A stretch of DNA of 64,000 nt from an uncultured bacterium (GTDB taxonomy: Bacteria > Cyanobacteriota > Vampirovibrionia > Gastranaerophilales > Gastranaerophilaceae), in NCBI GenBank assembly GCA_958366705.1, contig CATXCB010000003.1, positions 16,193 to 80,192 of the forward strand, in the 5' to 3' direction. The notes beneath the pieces are model-generated. The model did not search any database, was not told the origin of the DNA, and saw only the letters and a list, made by a program, of their open reading frames with translations. The first letter of the stretch is position 1. Every line of letters begins with the position of its first letter. The translations under genes and the position numbers were made by a program. Below are positions 1-8,455 of the stretch, in pieces.

Positions 1-940
1 TTAGGACTTTAGTATAATCTTTAACTTCAAATATTTTGTTAAACGTTCCATAGAAAGGAATAGCATAAAGTCCTAGTTCTTCATCATAGATTATTCCAAC
101 ATCATATGTTTCTTTATGTGAAGAAAAACCTCCAAGAGAGTTTTCCAGAAAGTTGTCATAAGAATTATTGAATTCTTGAACATTAAAATATCTATATTCT
201 TCCGGTTCTTGTATCAATTCTTTGTATTCAGCTTTTTTGCCTTCTTCAGCGTAATCGTTAAAAATACCAATTAAATCATCGGCATGCTTGTTTGTTGTAA
301 TGATTTCTGTAGTACCAAAGAAATCTAGAAATTTTTTGTAAATATCAGCAACATCTTGCTCTATTTCTTTTTGTTTCGCTGGATTGTCGAGATAAACAAG
401 TTCAGGATTCTGTATGATTTTTGCTACTGCAAAACGGTATGCATCATCTTTTCTTGTTGCAGGCAGTACACCTGAAATTTCCAGCAGATAGTAATCTCCA
501 TTAATATTTACGATTCTTGCAATTATATAATCTCCGGAACCCAGTCCACGAAAAGCTGTCATCTTCATTAAGGATGTAATTGTGTATCTGCGTTCGTTTA
601 CAATATTAAGCATATCAAAGCCGTTTCTGGTAACTTTTTTAATTTCAAAAACGGAAGATATAGAATTGTCTATAGCTTCTACAATATCTTTAGTTTCTTT
701 ATCTAAACCTTTAGTATTTTCCAAATATAGTTGAGGAATACTTTTTAAATCTTCTCCGAGATTTCTTTCAAGAATATAGCTGAAGCAGGCAGTTTGCAGT
801 GGTATTCCTGATTTTGAATTTGCACCTATAGTATTCAGATATTCATTAAAATCAGTTTTTATATCTTGATGATTTTGTATAAATTCTGCAATGTTTTTTA
901 TTACGCCGTTTATGCTGTCCATGCGTTCTTGTATATTCAT
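1..940 (-). CDS. hypothetical protein (partial, runs off window start)
   Basis: Open frame on the minus strand starting at ATG 940..938 (MNIQERMDSINGVIKN...), continuing to the window edge. Not in the ORF track because it is truncated. No recognisable family. Confidence 0.4.
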   Translation of the reverse strand, partial: MNIQERMDSINGVIKNIAEFIQNHQDIKTDFNEYLNTIGANSKSGIPLQTACFSYILERNLGEDLKSIPQLYLENTKGLDKETKDIVEAIDNSISSVFEIKKVTRNGFDMLNIVNERRYTITSLMKMTAFRGLGSGDYIIARIVNINGDYYLLEISGVLPATRKDDAYRFAVAKIIQNPELVYLDNPAKQKEIEQDVADIYKKFLDFFGTTEIITTNKHADDLIGIFNDYAEEGKKAEYKELIQEPEEYRYFNVQEFNNSYDNFLENSLGGFSSHKETYDVGIIYDEELGLYAIPFYGTFNKIFEVKDYTKVL

Positions 941-1032
941 GTTTTCTCCCCTTATGTGTAATGTATATTTAGAATATAATAATTGTGTAAAAAACTCAAT
1001 ATATTATATCTTTTACATTCAAACTTTACAAC

Positions 1033-1530
1033 TTAATCAGTAAGTTTAAAGTCCCCATTCTTCTTAATATGCTCAACTAATCCGCCATCTTTTAGTAATT
1101 TTATCATAACAGGCGGCAGCGGTTCAATCTGAATAATAGTACCGTTAGTGTGGTTTGTGATTATTCCTTTTTCGATATCTAGTTCAAGTTCATCACCGTC
1201 ATCAATAGAATCGGTATCGCATTCGATTGCTAAAAGTCCAATATTTATAGCGTTTCTGTAAAAAATTCTGGCAAATGATTTTGCTAAAACTGCTCCAACT
1301 CCTGCTATTTTCATGATTAATGGCGCATGTTCTCTTGATGAACCAAGTCCAAAATTATTTCCCGCAACAACGAAGTCACCTTTTTTCATTCTGGATGCAA
1401 AAGTCTCATCTGCATCTTCAAGTACATGCTTTGCAAATTCGTTTAAATCTGAACGCAGATGGTATAGTCTGCCCGGTGCAATGTGGTCTGTTGATATATT
1501 ATCTCCAAATTTGAATGCTTTTCCCCTCAT
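1033..1530 (-). CDS. LeuD-like small-subunit dehydratase (3-isopropylmalate dehydratase small subunit / aconitase swivel-domain family)
   Basis: 165 aa. FGDNISTDHI...NNFGLGSSREHAP motifs are typical of the short (archaeal-type) LeuD/aconitase-X small subunit. No large subunit is adjacent. Confidence 0.6.
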   Translation of the reverse strand: MRGKAFKFGDNISTDHIAPGRLYHLRSDLNEFAKHVLEDADETFASRMKKGDFVVAGNNFGLGSSREHAPLIMKIAGVGAVLAKSFARIFYRNAINIGLLAIECDTDSIDDGDELELDIEKGIITNHTNGTIIQIEPLPPVMIKLLKDGGLVEHIKKNGDFKLTD

Positions 1531-1629
1531 AGTATTTAATATTCTCCTTTTTTTTATATACTATCGCAAAAACAAATTCTATGCTATAATGTATATATAA
1601 ATATTTATTTATTGATAGGAATTTAATTT

Positions 1630-2253
1630 ATGTATTTTAATAGAAAATGTAAAATTACTTTTATATGCCATGGTGCAACAATATATTCAGAAGAGGGAAG
1701 ATTCTCTGATGCTGAAAATTATCCGCCGTTATCTGAACTCGGTGTTGAAGAGATGGATAGTATGGTGAAATATCTGAAAGCAAGAGCAGTAAAAAATGAC
1801 GTTATTTATACTTCTCCGTCTTTAAGAACTGTACAATCAGCCATGATGATTTCAAAATTATTTAAAAGAGATTATGTAATTCTTGAAGATTTAAAAACCA
1901 GAGAATGCGCCTCGTGGAATGGTTTGACATTTTCGCAGGTTATGGATAAATTTCCTGATGCATTAAATCAAATTCTTATTTATCCTGATAAAACAACTCC
2001 GGCAGGAGGTGAAAGCACAGTAGCTTTTATTGCAAGAGTTAAAAAGGTTATTGATAAAGTTGTTGCAAAAAACGAGGGGAATCGTGTTATTGTTGTAACT
2101 CATCCTGAAGTTATTCAGGCGGCAATTTGTGCAGCATTAGATATTCCTGCTGATAAATTGCCGAAAATATTTATCAGAACCGGCAGCGCCACGCAAATTA
2201 GCTATTATGAAGATTGGTGTAGTCTGGTTTATTCTGATTATGTGCCAATTTAA
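1630..2253 (+). CDS. histidine phosphatase family protein (phosphoglycerate-mutase-like), variant RHG motif
   Basis: 207 aa. N-terminal ICHGATIYSEEGRF (the RHG motif with Arg replaced by Cys) and C-terminal VVTHPEVIQAA second-His motif. Confidence 0.55.
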   Translation: MYFNRKCKITFICHGATIYSEEGRFSDAENYPPLSELGVEEMDSMVKYLKARAVKNDVIYTSPSLRTVQSAMMISKLFKRDYVILEDLKTRECASWNGLTFSQVMDKFPDALNQILIYPDKTTPAGGESTVAFIARVKKVIDKVVAKNEGNRVIVVTHPEVIQAAICAALDIPADKLPKIFIRTGSATQISYYEDWCSLVYSDYVPI

Positions 2254-3821
2254 CTCTGTTCTGTAAGTTTTTTACTTTCATTAATTAAAAAGTCTTTTCC
2301 AGGAGGGATTTCTATGAAATCCCATGGTAATTCTTTATCATGAGGATAGTTTTCTGTTGCATAATAATCTGTATTTATATTAAATTCTTTTGCAGCTTTT
2401 TTGAATGCGCCAAGTTTTCCGCCACGTTTGTATACTTCAATTAAGTAATCAGTAAGCGAAGAATCCCCTCTAGAGAGCATTGCCTGATAATAATCCCATT
2501 TTGCGCTTGAAATGCTCGCTTGAATACCGAGTTTATGTAATTCTTTTCGCAGATAATTTGATTTTTCTTCCAGAGTTTTTTCATATTCTCTGCCAAACCA
2601 TTGAAACGGAGTGTTTGCTTTTGGTACAAATGTAGAAAAACCAAAAGAGATTTCAAATCCTTTGAATTTTTCTTTTATTTTTTTTGCGAGATTAACGGTT
2701 TCCTGTATATCATCAAATGTTTCAGTAGGCAGCCCGAGCATTCCGTAGAATTTTATACCTTTTAGTCCGCACTGTTTAGCTACTTCAATAGCTTTGTAAA
2801 TTTGTTCTTCTTTAAGATTTTTATTTATGACTTTTCTTAGTCGTTCACTTCCAGCTTCAATTGCCAGCGTTAAGTTCTTTTGTCCTGCATCCACAAGAGT
2901 TTGAACAACTTCCGGAACGAATGAGTCTACTCTAAGTGAAGATACACTCATTTCAATTTGTTCACCATTTTTTATTTTATTATCAATATATTTGCAAACA
3001 TCATTAAATCTAGGATGAGCTGTAATTTGAGCGCCTAGCAGGGCAAGTTTGTTTGTATGTTTAAGTCCGAGTTCTATAGCCTCAATTATTTGTTCATATT
3101 CAACAAATCTTATTGGCAGGTTCATATATGATGCCAGGCAAAATGCACATCTGTTTGCGCAGCCACGTTCAACTTCAAGTATAAATGTGTTTGGGAAGAA
3201 TGCTTTTTCGCTAATTATAGGTGTATAGATACATTCTGTGAGTTTTTTGGTAACTTTTTTGATACTTTTTGGTGTAAGCGATGGAACGTAAATCCCGTCA
3301 ATTTCGCTTAAAATTTTTAGGATTTCAGGTTTAGAACAGTTTTTATTCTCTTTACATATTCTAACTGCTTCAAGGTTTGTATCTTCTCCGTCTCCAATTA
3401 TAAGAAAATCAAATATTTCTTTATATGGTTCAGGATTTGATGTTATTACAGGCCCGCCTGCAAAAATAATAGGGTCAGTTTCTTTTCTGTCTTTTGCCTT
3501 AAATGCATATTTATTCCACTCTAGAAAGTTGAATATTGCCAGAAAATCCATGTCAAAAGTAAAAGAATAGCCGATTAAGTTTATCTTATCGCGTAGTATT
3601 CTTGTAGTTTTTGTATCTGTGTAAATCCTTTCTATATCGACATCGTCCATCATGTCAATTGCGCGATAAAGCCACAAATATCCAAGAGAAGATAGAGCAA
3701 AAGACTCAGGTCCGGGAAAGGCAAACCACATATTAAACTCGTAGTCTTTTTTTATTTTTCTGTCATATAAAAATATTTCGCTATTTTTGTTCTTCAATCG
3801 TATTACCTGATTCCTTTTCAT
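2250..3821 (-). CDS. radical SAM protein with B12-binding-like N-terminal domain (TIGR03960-like), paralog of 38562..41087
   Basis: CANRCAFCLASY CxxxCxxC motif. IIFAGGPVITSNPEP...IIGDGED aligns with the N-terminal half of the 841-aa protein at 38562. Confidence 0.65.
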   Translation of the reverse strand: MKRNQVIRLKNKNSEIFLYDRKIKKDYEFNMWFAFPGPESFALSSLGYLWLYRAIDMMDDVDIERIYTDTKTTRILRDKINLIGYSFTFDMDFLAIFNFLEWNKYAFKAKDRKETDPIIFAGGPVITSNPEPYKEIFDFLIIGDGEDTNLEAVRICKENKNCSKPEILKILSEIDGIYVPSLTPKSIKKVTKKLTECIYTPIISEKAFFPNTFILEVERGCANRCAFCLASYMNLPIRFVEYEQIIEAIELGLKHTNKLALLGAQITAHPRFNDVCKYIDNKIKNGEQIEMSVSSLRVDSFVPEVVQTLVDAGQKNLTLAIEAGSERLRKVINKNLKEEQIYKAIEVAKQCGLKGIKFYGMLGLPTETFDDIQETVNLAKKIKEKFKGFEISFGFSTFVPKANTPFQWFGREYEKTLEEKSNYLRKELHKLGIQASISSAKWDYYQAMLSRGDSSLTDYLIEVYKRGGKLGAFKKAAKEFNINTDYYATENYPHDKELPWDFIEIPPGKDFLINESKKLTEQS

Positions 3822-4863
3822 TTATTGGCGATAAGTATAATTCGTCTATCAAAACACATATTGTAGCTGCAATAGCCGGAGAAAGGATAACTCCCCATAC
3901 TCCTAAAAATTCTTCTGCTGCAAATAATGCGACCATGATTGTTATCGGGTGAAGTTTCATAAATTTTCCGAATAAGAAAGGTCTTATCATATAATTTGAA
4001 ATTTGTTGAATAGCAAGGAATAAAACTATTGCAAGAGTGATTTTAACAACTCCAAGAGGGAATGCAATTGCAACAATTACAGCAATTGCTATTGCAGGCC
4101 CTAAAAGTGGTATGATTTCACAAATACCTGCTATCAAGCCAAGTAATATAGGATATTCAATTCCCAGCAGTGCAACTTCAATTGTGACCATTACACCTAC
4201 TGTAACCATAGATAATACTTGTGCTCGGACATAATTTCCGACTTTTGAGGTTATATTATATAGTATAAATCCGGCTTTTTCTTTAAGAGTCGGAGGGAAG
4301 AATTCTAAGAATTTTTCTCGTAAGTATTCTTTATCTACAAGTATATAGTATATAAACATTGTGAGCGCCAGAGTCACAAATATCGCTTGGGCTGCCGCCA
4401 TAGTGATGTTGATTGATTGATTGAACACATTCTGGGCAATATTTGAAGATGCATTTGCCAGATTCTCTAATGGTATAAGATCAGAAATTGTGTGTCCGTA
4501 TAATTTTGAATTAGTTATAAAGTGATATAAATTAGTTGCCTTTTGCGGCAGAATTGATACAAATAATTCTATTTCTTTGTAGCACATTATAATTATAGGT
4601 AATATCAGTGCAAATAATGCTACAATTGATGTAAATACTATTATTGATGCAGCTAATGCTCGGTTTTTTATTTTTGTTTGCAGTTTACAGACAAATGGAT
4701 TGAGGGCGGATGCAATCACAAATGAAGCAAACAATATCATTAGTAATCCGTACATTTTTGGCATGAGTATCAGCAGTAAAACAATTAAAATAGTAAATAT
4801 TATTGTTTTTAGGTTGAAAAATTTTTTTATCATATTGAAATCCATCCTTTTTATAAAAATCAT
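3781..4863 (-). CDS. AI-2E family transporter (PerM/UPF0118)
   Basis: 360 aa polytopic membrane protein. C-terminal region GICEIIPLLGPAIAIAVIVAIAFPLG is typical of the AI-2E family. Confidence 0.7.
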   Translation of the reverse strand: MIFIKRMDFNMIKKFFNLKTIIFTILIVLLLILMPKMYGLLMILFASFVIASALNPFVCKLQTKIKNRALAASIIVFTSIVALFALILPIIIMCYKEIELFVSILPQKATNLYHFITNSKLYGHTISDLIPLENLANASSNIAQNVFNQSINITMAAAQAIFVTLALTMFIYYILVDKEYLREKFLEFFPPTLKEKAGFILYNITSKVGNYVRAQVLSMVTVGVMVTIEVALLGIEYPILLGLIAGICEIIPLLGPAIAIAVIVAIAFPLGVVKITLAIVLFLAIQQISNYMIRPFLFGKFMKLHPITIMVALFAAEEFLGVWGVILSPAIAATICVLIDELYLSPINEKESGNTIEEQK

Positions 4864-4912
4864 TTTGTATAGTACAAAAAATATACTAATTTTTCAACTG
4901 CAGATGCTGTAA

Positions 4913-4988
4913 GATTCCGAAACAACTTCGGAATGACAAATTCGAGGATTATAATCTTGGAGTCATCCTGAACTTGTTTCAGGATCTA
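4913..4988. repeat. MITE/REP-like palindromic element (two inverted ~25-bp hairpin units)
   Basis: gattccgaaacaacttcggaatgac ... gtcatcctgaacttgtttcaggatc. The two hairpins are inverted variants of one unit. Related copies lie at ~20.0, 35.9, 47.3 and 57.7-58.1 kb. Confidence 0.7.
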
Positions 4989-5211
4989 AATCAGCATGTG
5001 TTATTGTAAGTTTTCGTGATAAATTCAGAATGGTGTTAAGTGTATATTTTGGCGTAAATATTAGGATAGATACGTATTTATATAAAAAGTATATATTTAT
5101 TTATTGCTTATTTTTGTAATATTTCTTAACATGATTTATAAAAAAGGCAATTATCAAATAATCTAATACTTTATATAATTACGAGGACACTAACACAAGG
5201 ATACTAGAACA

Positions 5212-5775
5212 ATGGGTTTCTTATTAGGAGCATTTGGAAAATTAGCTGCGGGCAGGCGCGTAAGAGCACTGCAAGCCCAAATGATGCGCATTCAGTCTAG
5301 AGCTAGACGCGCAACCCGCGATGTTGCAGATATGTCCAAGATGCTGGATAGACAAGAAAAGATGGCATTGAATCAAGCTTCATTATTTGCAAATTATTCT
5401 AAGTATACAGCTCAACAATCTTTATTTGGTCAATTTGGTGATGTATTGAGTAAAGTTGGTGGAAGTGCAAACGGAAATACTTCAGGTTTGAGTGAGACTG
5501 AAAATAAGAGATTGTATGAGTATCAACAATTGCAATCTAACATGTCTATGATGTCAGAACAAGCTGTTGCAATGCAAAAACAGCAGATTCAAGATTATTT
5601 TGAAATGTTGAGAGAAACTGAATTAGAACCATTGAAAGATGAAGAAGAATTACTGCAAACTGAAAAAGACTCATTAGAATCTCAATTACAAATTGCTAAT
5701 AATGATTATGAAGCTTGTAAGAAAATGGAACAGGCAGATGCTAAAAACTTAGCTCCAAGTTATACAGCAGGCTAA
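5212..5775 (+). CDS. hypothetical protein, Gln-rich / coiled-coil
   Basis: 187 aa with no recognisable motif. Clean ORF in a 350-bp intergenic gap. Confidence 0.4.
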   Translation: MGFLLGAFGKLAAGRRVRALQAQMMRIQSRARRATRDVADMSKMLDRQEKMALNQASLFANYSKYTAQQSLFGQFGDVLSKVGGSANGNTSGLSETENKRLYEYQQLQSNMSMMSEQAVAMQKQQIQDYFEMLRETELEPLKDEEELLQTEKDSLESQLQIANNDYEACKKMEQADAKNLAPSYTAG

Positions 5776-5881
5776 TAGATAATATTTCAATATAACCCTT
5801 CGAAAATCTTCGGAGGGTTTTTAGTATATTAAGTTCTTTTAATCAATTTACAAATCTAAGATTATGAGTTAAAATAATGAC

Positions 5882-6946
5882 ATGGAAAATTTAAGTTTAA
5901 ATGAGAAGATTAACGAATTAGTCGTTAAAATGGCAAAAGAGCCTGAAAAAATTGAAAATTATCATGAGTTATCAGAGTTGTATCTTCAGCAGAAAGATTA
6001 TAATAAAGTAATTTCAGTACTTGATAGTCTTCTGGCAATAAAACCTGACGATGTTCAGGCGCTTGTGGGTATGGGGACTCTCTGGTTTTATGAAAGGGAT
6101 TTTAGAAAATCGCTTTCATATTACAACAGGGCTCTCGAAGTTAATCCTAAGAATTTTTTGATTTATTATAATATAGGTAATGTTTTCGCAGAGTGGAAAA
6201 ATTTTTCTAAAGCATTGTTTTACTATAACAGAGCAATTGATTTGAATTCTTCAAATCCTGAAATATATAATGCTATAGCGTTATTGTATCAAGATATAGA
6301 AGATTATGTTGAAGCTAAAGCTTATTATGAAAAAGCTTTGTCGCTTGATCCGGAAAATGTCAATGCTCTTATTGATATGGGCAATGTTTGTTTTAAATTG
6401 TTTGATTACGAGACTGCATTAAAGCTTTTTAAAAAAGTTTTTGTTCTAAATCCGGATAATGAATTGATTGCAGTTTGTATTGGTAATGCCCTGACTCTTA
6501 TGAAAGATAAAGAACAGGCTTATTCATACTACGAAAAAGCGCTCTCAATGACTGATAATAAGTATAGAATTTATATTTGTTATGCCATATCATTAACGGA
6601 ATTTAAAGAATTTGATGTTGCTGAAGAAATGTTTAAAAAAGCTATTGAGTTTGATTCTAAGCAGGCGAGTGCATATATTCTGTTGGCGAATTTATATTCT
6701 AATTTTAATAACCAGAAAGAGGCTATCGACTTGTATAAAAAAGCTTTGAGAGTTGAACCTAATAATGCAGAAACCTATAGTTTGCTTGGTAATGCTCATT
6801 ACCTTGATAATGATATGGAGCAAGCAATTTCTTCATACAGGGCTTCAATTTCTATTGCTCCGGATAATGATGAATACAGATTAATCTACAGTCAGGTTAT
6901 TGAGGATTATATAAACTCTGTTCGCGGAGAAGGAAAAAATGCATAA
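5882..6946 (+). CDS. tetratricopeptide (TPR) repeat protein
   Basis: Repeated 34-aa units with the A..Y/F..A...P signature (e.g. YYNRALEVNPKN, YYNRAIDLNSSN, YYEKALSLDPEN). Confidence 0.7.
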   Translation: MENLSLNEKINELVVKMAKEPEKIENYHELSELYLQQKDYNKVISVLDSLLAIKPDDVQALVGMGTLWFYERDFRKSLSYYNRALEVNPKNFLIYYNIGNVFAEWKNFSKALFYYNRAIDLNSSNPEIYNAIALLYQDIEDYVEAKAYYEKALSLDPENVNALIDMGNVCFKLFDYETALKLFKKVFVLNPDNELIAVCIGNALTLMKDKEQAYSYYEKALSMTDNKYRIYICYAISLTEFKEFDVAEEMFKKAIEFDSKQASAYILLANLYSNFNNQKEAIDLYKKALRVEPNNAETYSLLGNAHYLDNDMEQAISSYRASISIAPDNDEYRLIYSQVIEDYINSVRGEGKNA

Positions 6947-7352
6947 ACGCTTAGCTTCAGTTAGTTTTATTGACAGGCTTGTCTCATGTTTGTCATATCT
7001 TACTGCGGGCTGGGCTGGTTTGATTTATTGTGTAGTGCTTTTCTTTAGAAAAAAAACACTTTCTCATTTTTTAAGATATAATATTTTTCAATCAATATTT
7101 TTCTCGTTGTTTTATTTTATTTTGTGTGCAGTTCTCGGGTTTATATGTGATTTATTGCTGCATGTTCCGTTTTTGAATTATTTAATTTCTCAGTTCTATT
7201 TGATTTTTAATAAGCCTGTATTTTTTGCGTATTCAATAATTCAAATTTTGGTTATGGGATTGTTTCTGTATATGGCGGTATTTTCATTGTTTGGTAAATA
7301 TCCAAGAGTCTATTGGGTTTCCTCAAGAATAATTGATTCTGCTGCAAAATAG
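6939..7352 (+). CDS. hypothetical membrane protein
   Basis: 137 aa with 3-4 hydrophobic helices. Start overlaps the TPR gene stop. Confidence 0.4.
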   Translation: MHKRLASVSFIDRLVSCLSYLTAGWAGLIYCVVLFFRKKTLSHFLRYNIFQSIFFSLFYFILCAVLGFICDLLLHVPFLNYLISQFYLIFNKPVFFAYSIIQILVMGLFLYMAVFSLFGKYPRVYWVSSRIIDSAAK

Positions 7353-7549
7353 TTTTTAGTTTTTTACTGAAAGTTAATATTCCTCTATAACTGTTGACAT
7401 TTGGCTGTGCTTGATGTTTGATAGTATTGTACTAGTCGAAATTTTCGTGCTGGATTTGACGGTTAGTACGTATGTAAAGTCGAGACGCGACGCCCAAGCT
7501 CTCAATAGGACTTAAGTAGGGCAAATTGGTAAAATTAAAAGGAGAAATT

Positions 7550-7936
7550 ATGCCAACAATTAACCAGCTTGTACGTTCTGAACGTGTAAAGCTAAAATCA
7601 AAAACTAAATCTCCTGCTTTGATGAATTGTCCTCAAAGACGTGGAGTTTGTACAAGGGTTTATACTACTACCCCTAAAAAACCAAACTCAGCACTTAGAA
7701 AAGTTGCCAGAGTTAGATTGACTAACGGATTTGAAGTTTCTTCATATATCCCGGGTATTGGACACAACCTGCAAGAACACAGTGTTGTTCTTATCCGTGG
7801 CGGTCGTGTTAAAGATTTACCTGGTGTTCGTTATCACATCGTTCGTGGTACTTTAGATACTGCAGGTGTTGCTAACAGAGCTAAAAGTAGATCTAAATAC
7901 GGTGCTAAAAGAGATAAAAAGGGAGGTAAGAAGTAA
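7550..7936 (+). CDS. rpsL: 30S ribosomal protein S12
   Basis: MPTINQLVR...[21 protein letters not shown] aaaggag lies 8 nt upstream of ATG 7550. The track ORF begins upstream at 7526. Confidence 0.95.
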   Translation: MPTINQLVRSERVKLKSKTKSPALMNCPQRRGVCTRVYTTTPKKPNSALRKVARVRLTNGFEVSSYIPGIGHNLQEHSVVLIRGGRVKDLPGVRYHIVRGTLDTAGVANRAKSRSKYGAKRDKKGGKK

Positions 7937-8406
7937 TGTCTAGACGTTCTAAACCTGCAAAAAGAATTCCTTTAGCAGATCCGGTTTATAATAGCGTTGA
8001 TATCTCTAAATTCATTAATAGAATTATGAGACGCGGTAAAAAATCTTTAGCTGAAAGAATTTTCTATGCTACAATGGAAAGAATTAAAGAAAGAACTAAT
8101 CAAGATCCAATTGAAGTTTTCCAAAAAGCAATGACAAATGCTACACCTTTATTGGAAGTTAAGGCTCGCCGTATCGGTGGTTCTACTTATCAAGTTCCAA
8201 TTGAAGTTAAAGCTGACAGAGGATTTGCTCTATCTTCTTCTTGGTTGATTGAATCAGCTAAGAAAAGAGGCGGAAAGTCTTTCATCGATAAATTAACTAA
8301 TGAGCTTATTGATGCTTCAAATGGTCAGGGTTCTGCATGTAAAAAACGTGAAGATACCCATAAAATGGCTGAAGCTAACAAAGCATTTGCTCATTACAGA
8401 TACTAA
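7936..8406 (+). CDS. rpsG: 30S ribosomal protein S7
   Basis: [10 protein letters not shown]...YQVPIEVKADRG...KMAEANKAFAHYRY. Confidence 0.95.
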   Translation: MSRRSKPAKRIPLADPVYNSVDISKFINRIMRRGKKSLAERIFYATMERIKERTNQDPIEVFQKAMTNATPLLEVKARRIGGSTYQVPIEVKADRGFALSSSWLIESAKKRGGKSFIDKLTNELIDASNGQGSACKKREDTHKMAEANKAFAHYRY

Positions 8407-8430
8407 TTTGTTAGTTTATGTTAAAAAGAT

Positions 8431-8455
8431 AAGCGTATCCGTTTCGGGTACGCTT
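8431..8455. terminator. stem-loop (aagcgtatccgtttcgggtacgctt) followed by T-run; bidirectional terminator candidate
   Basis: Lies between convergent rpsG (+) and the 8454..10061 (-) gene. Confidence 0.45.

Noticed and set aside
1313-1600. ORFs 1313..1600 (+) and 1320..1514 (+) antisense to the LeuD-like gene
   Set aside because: They lie entirely inside a well-supported minus-strand CDS and are low-complexity translations. They are antisense artefacts.
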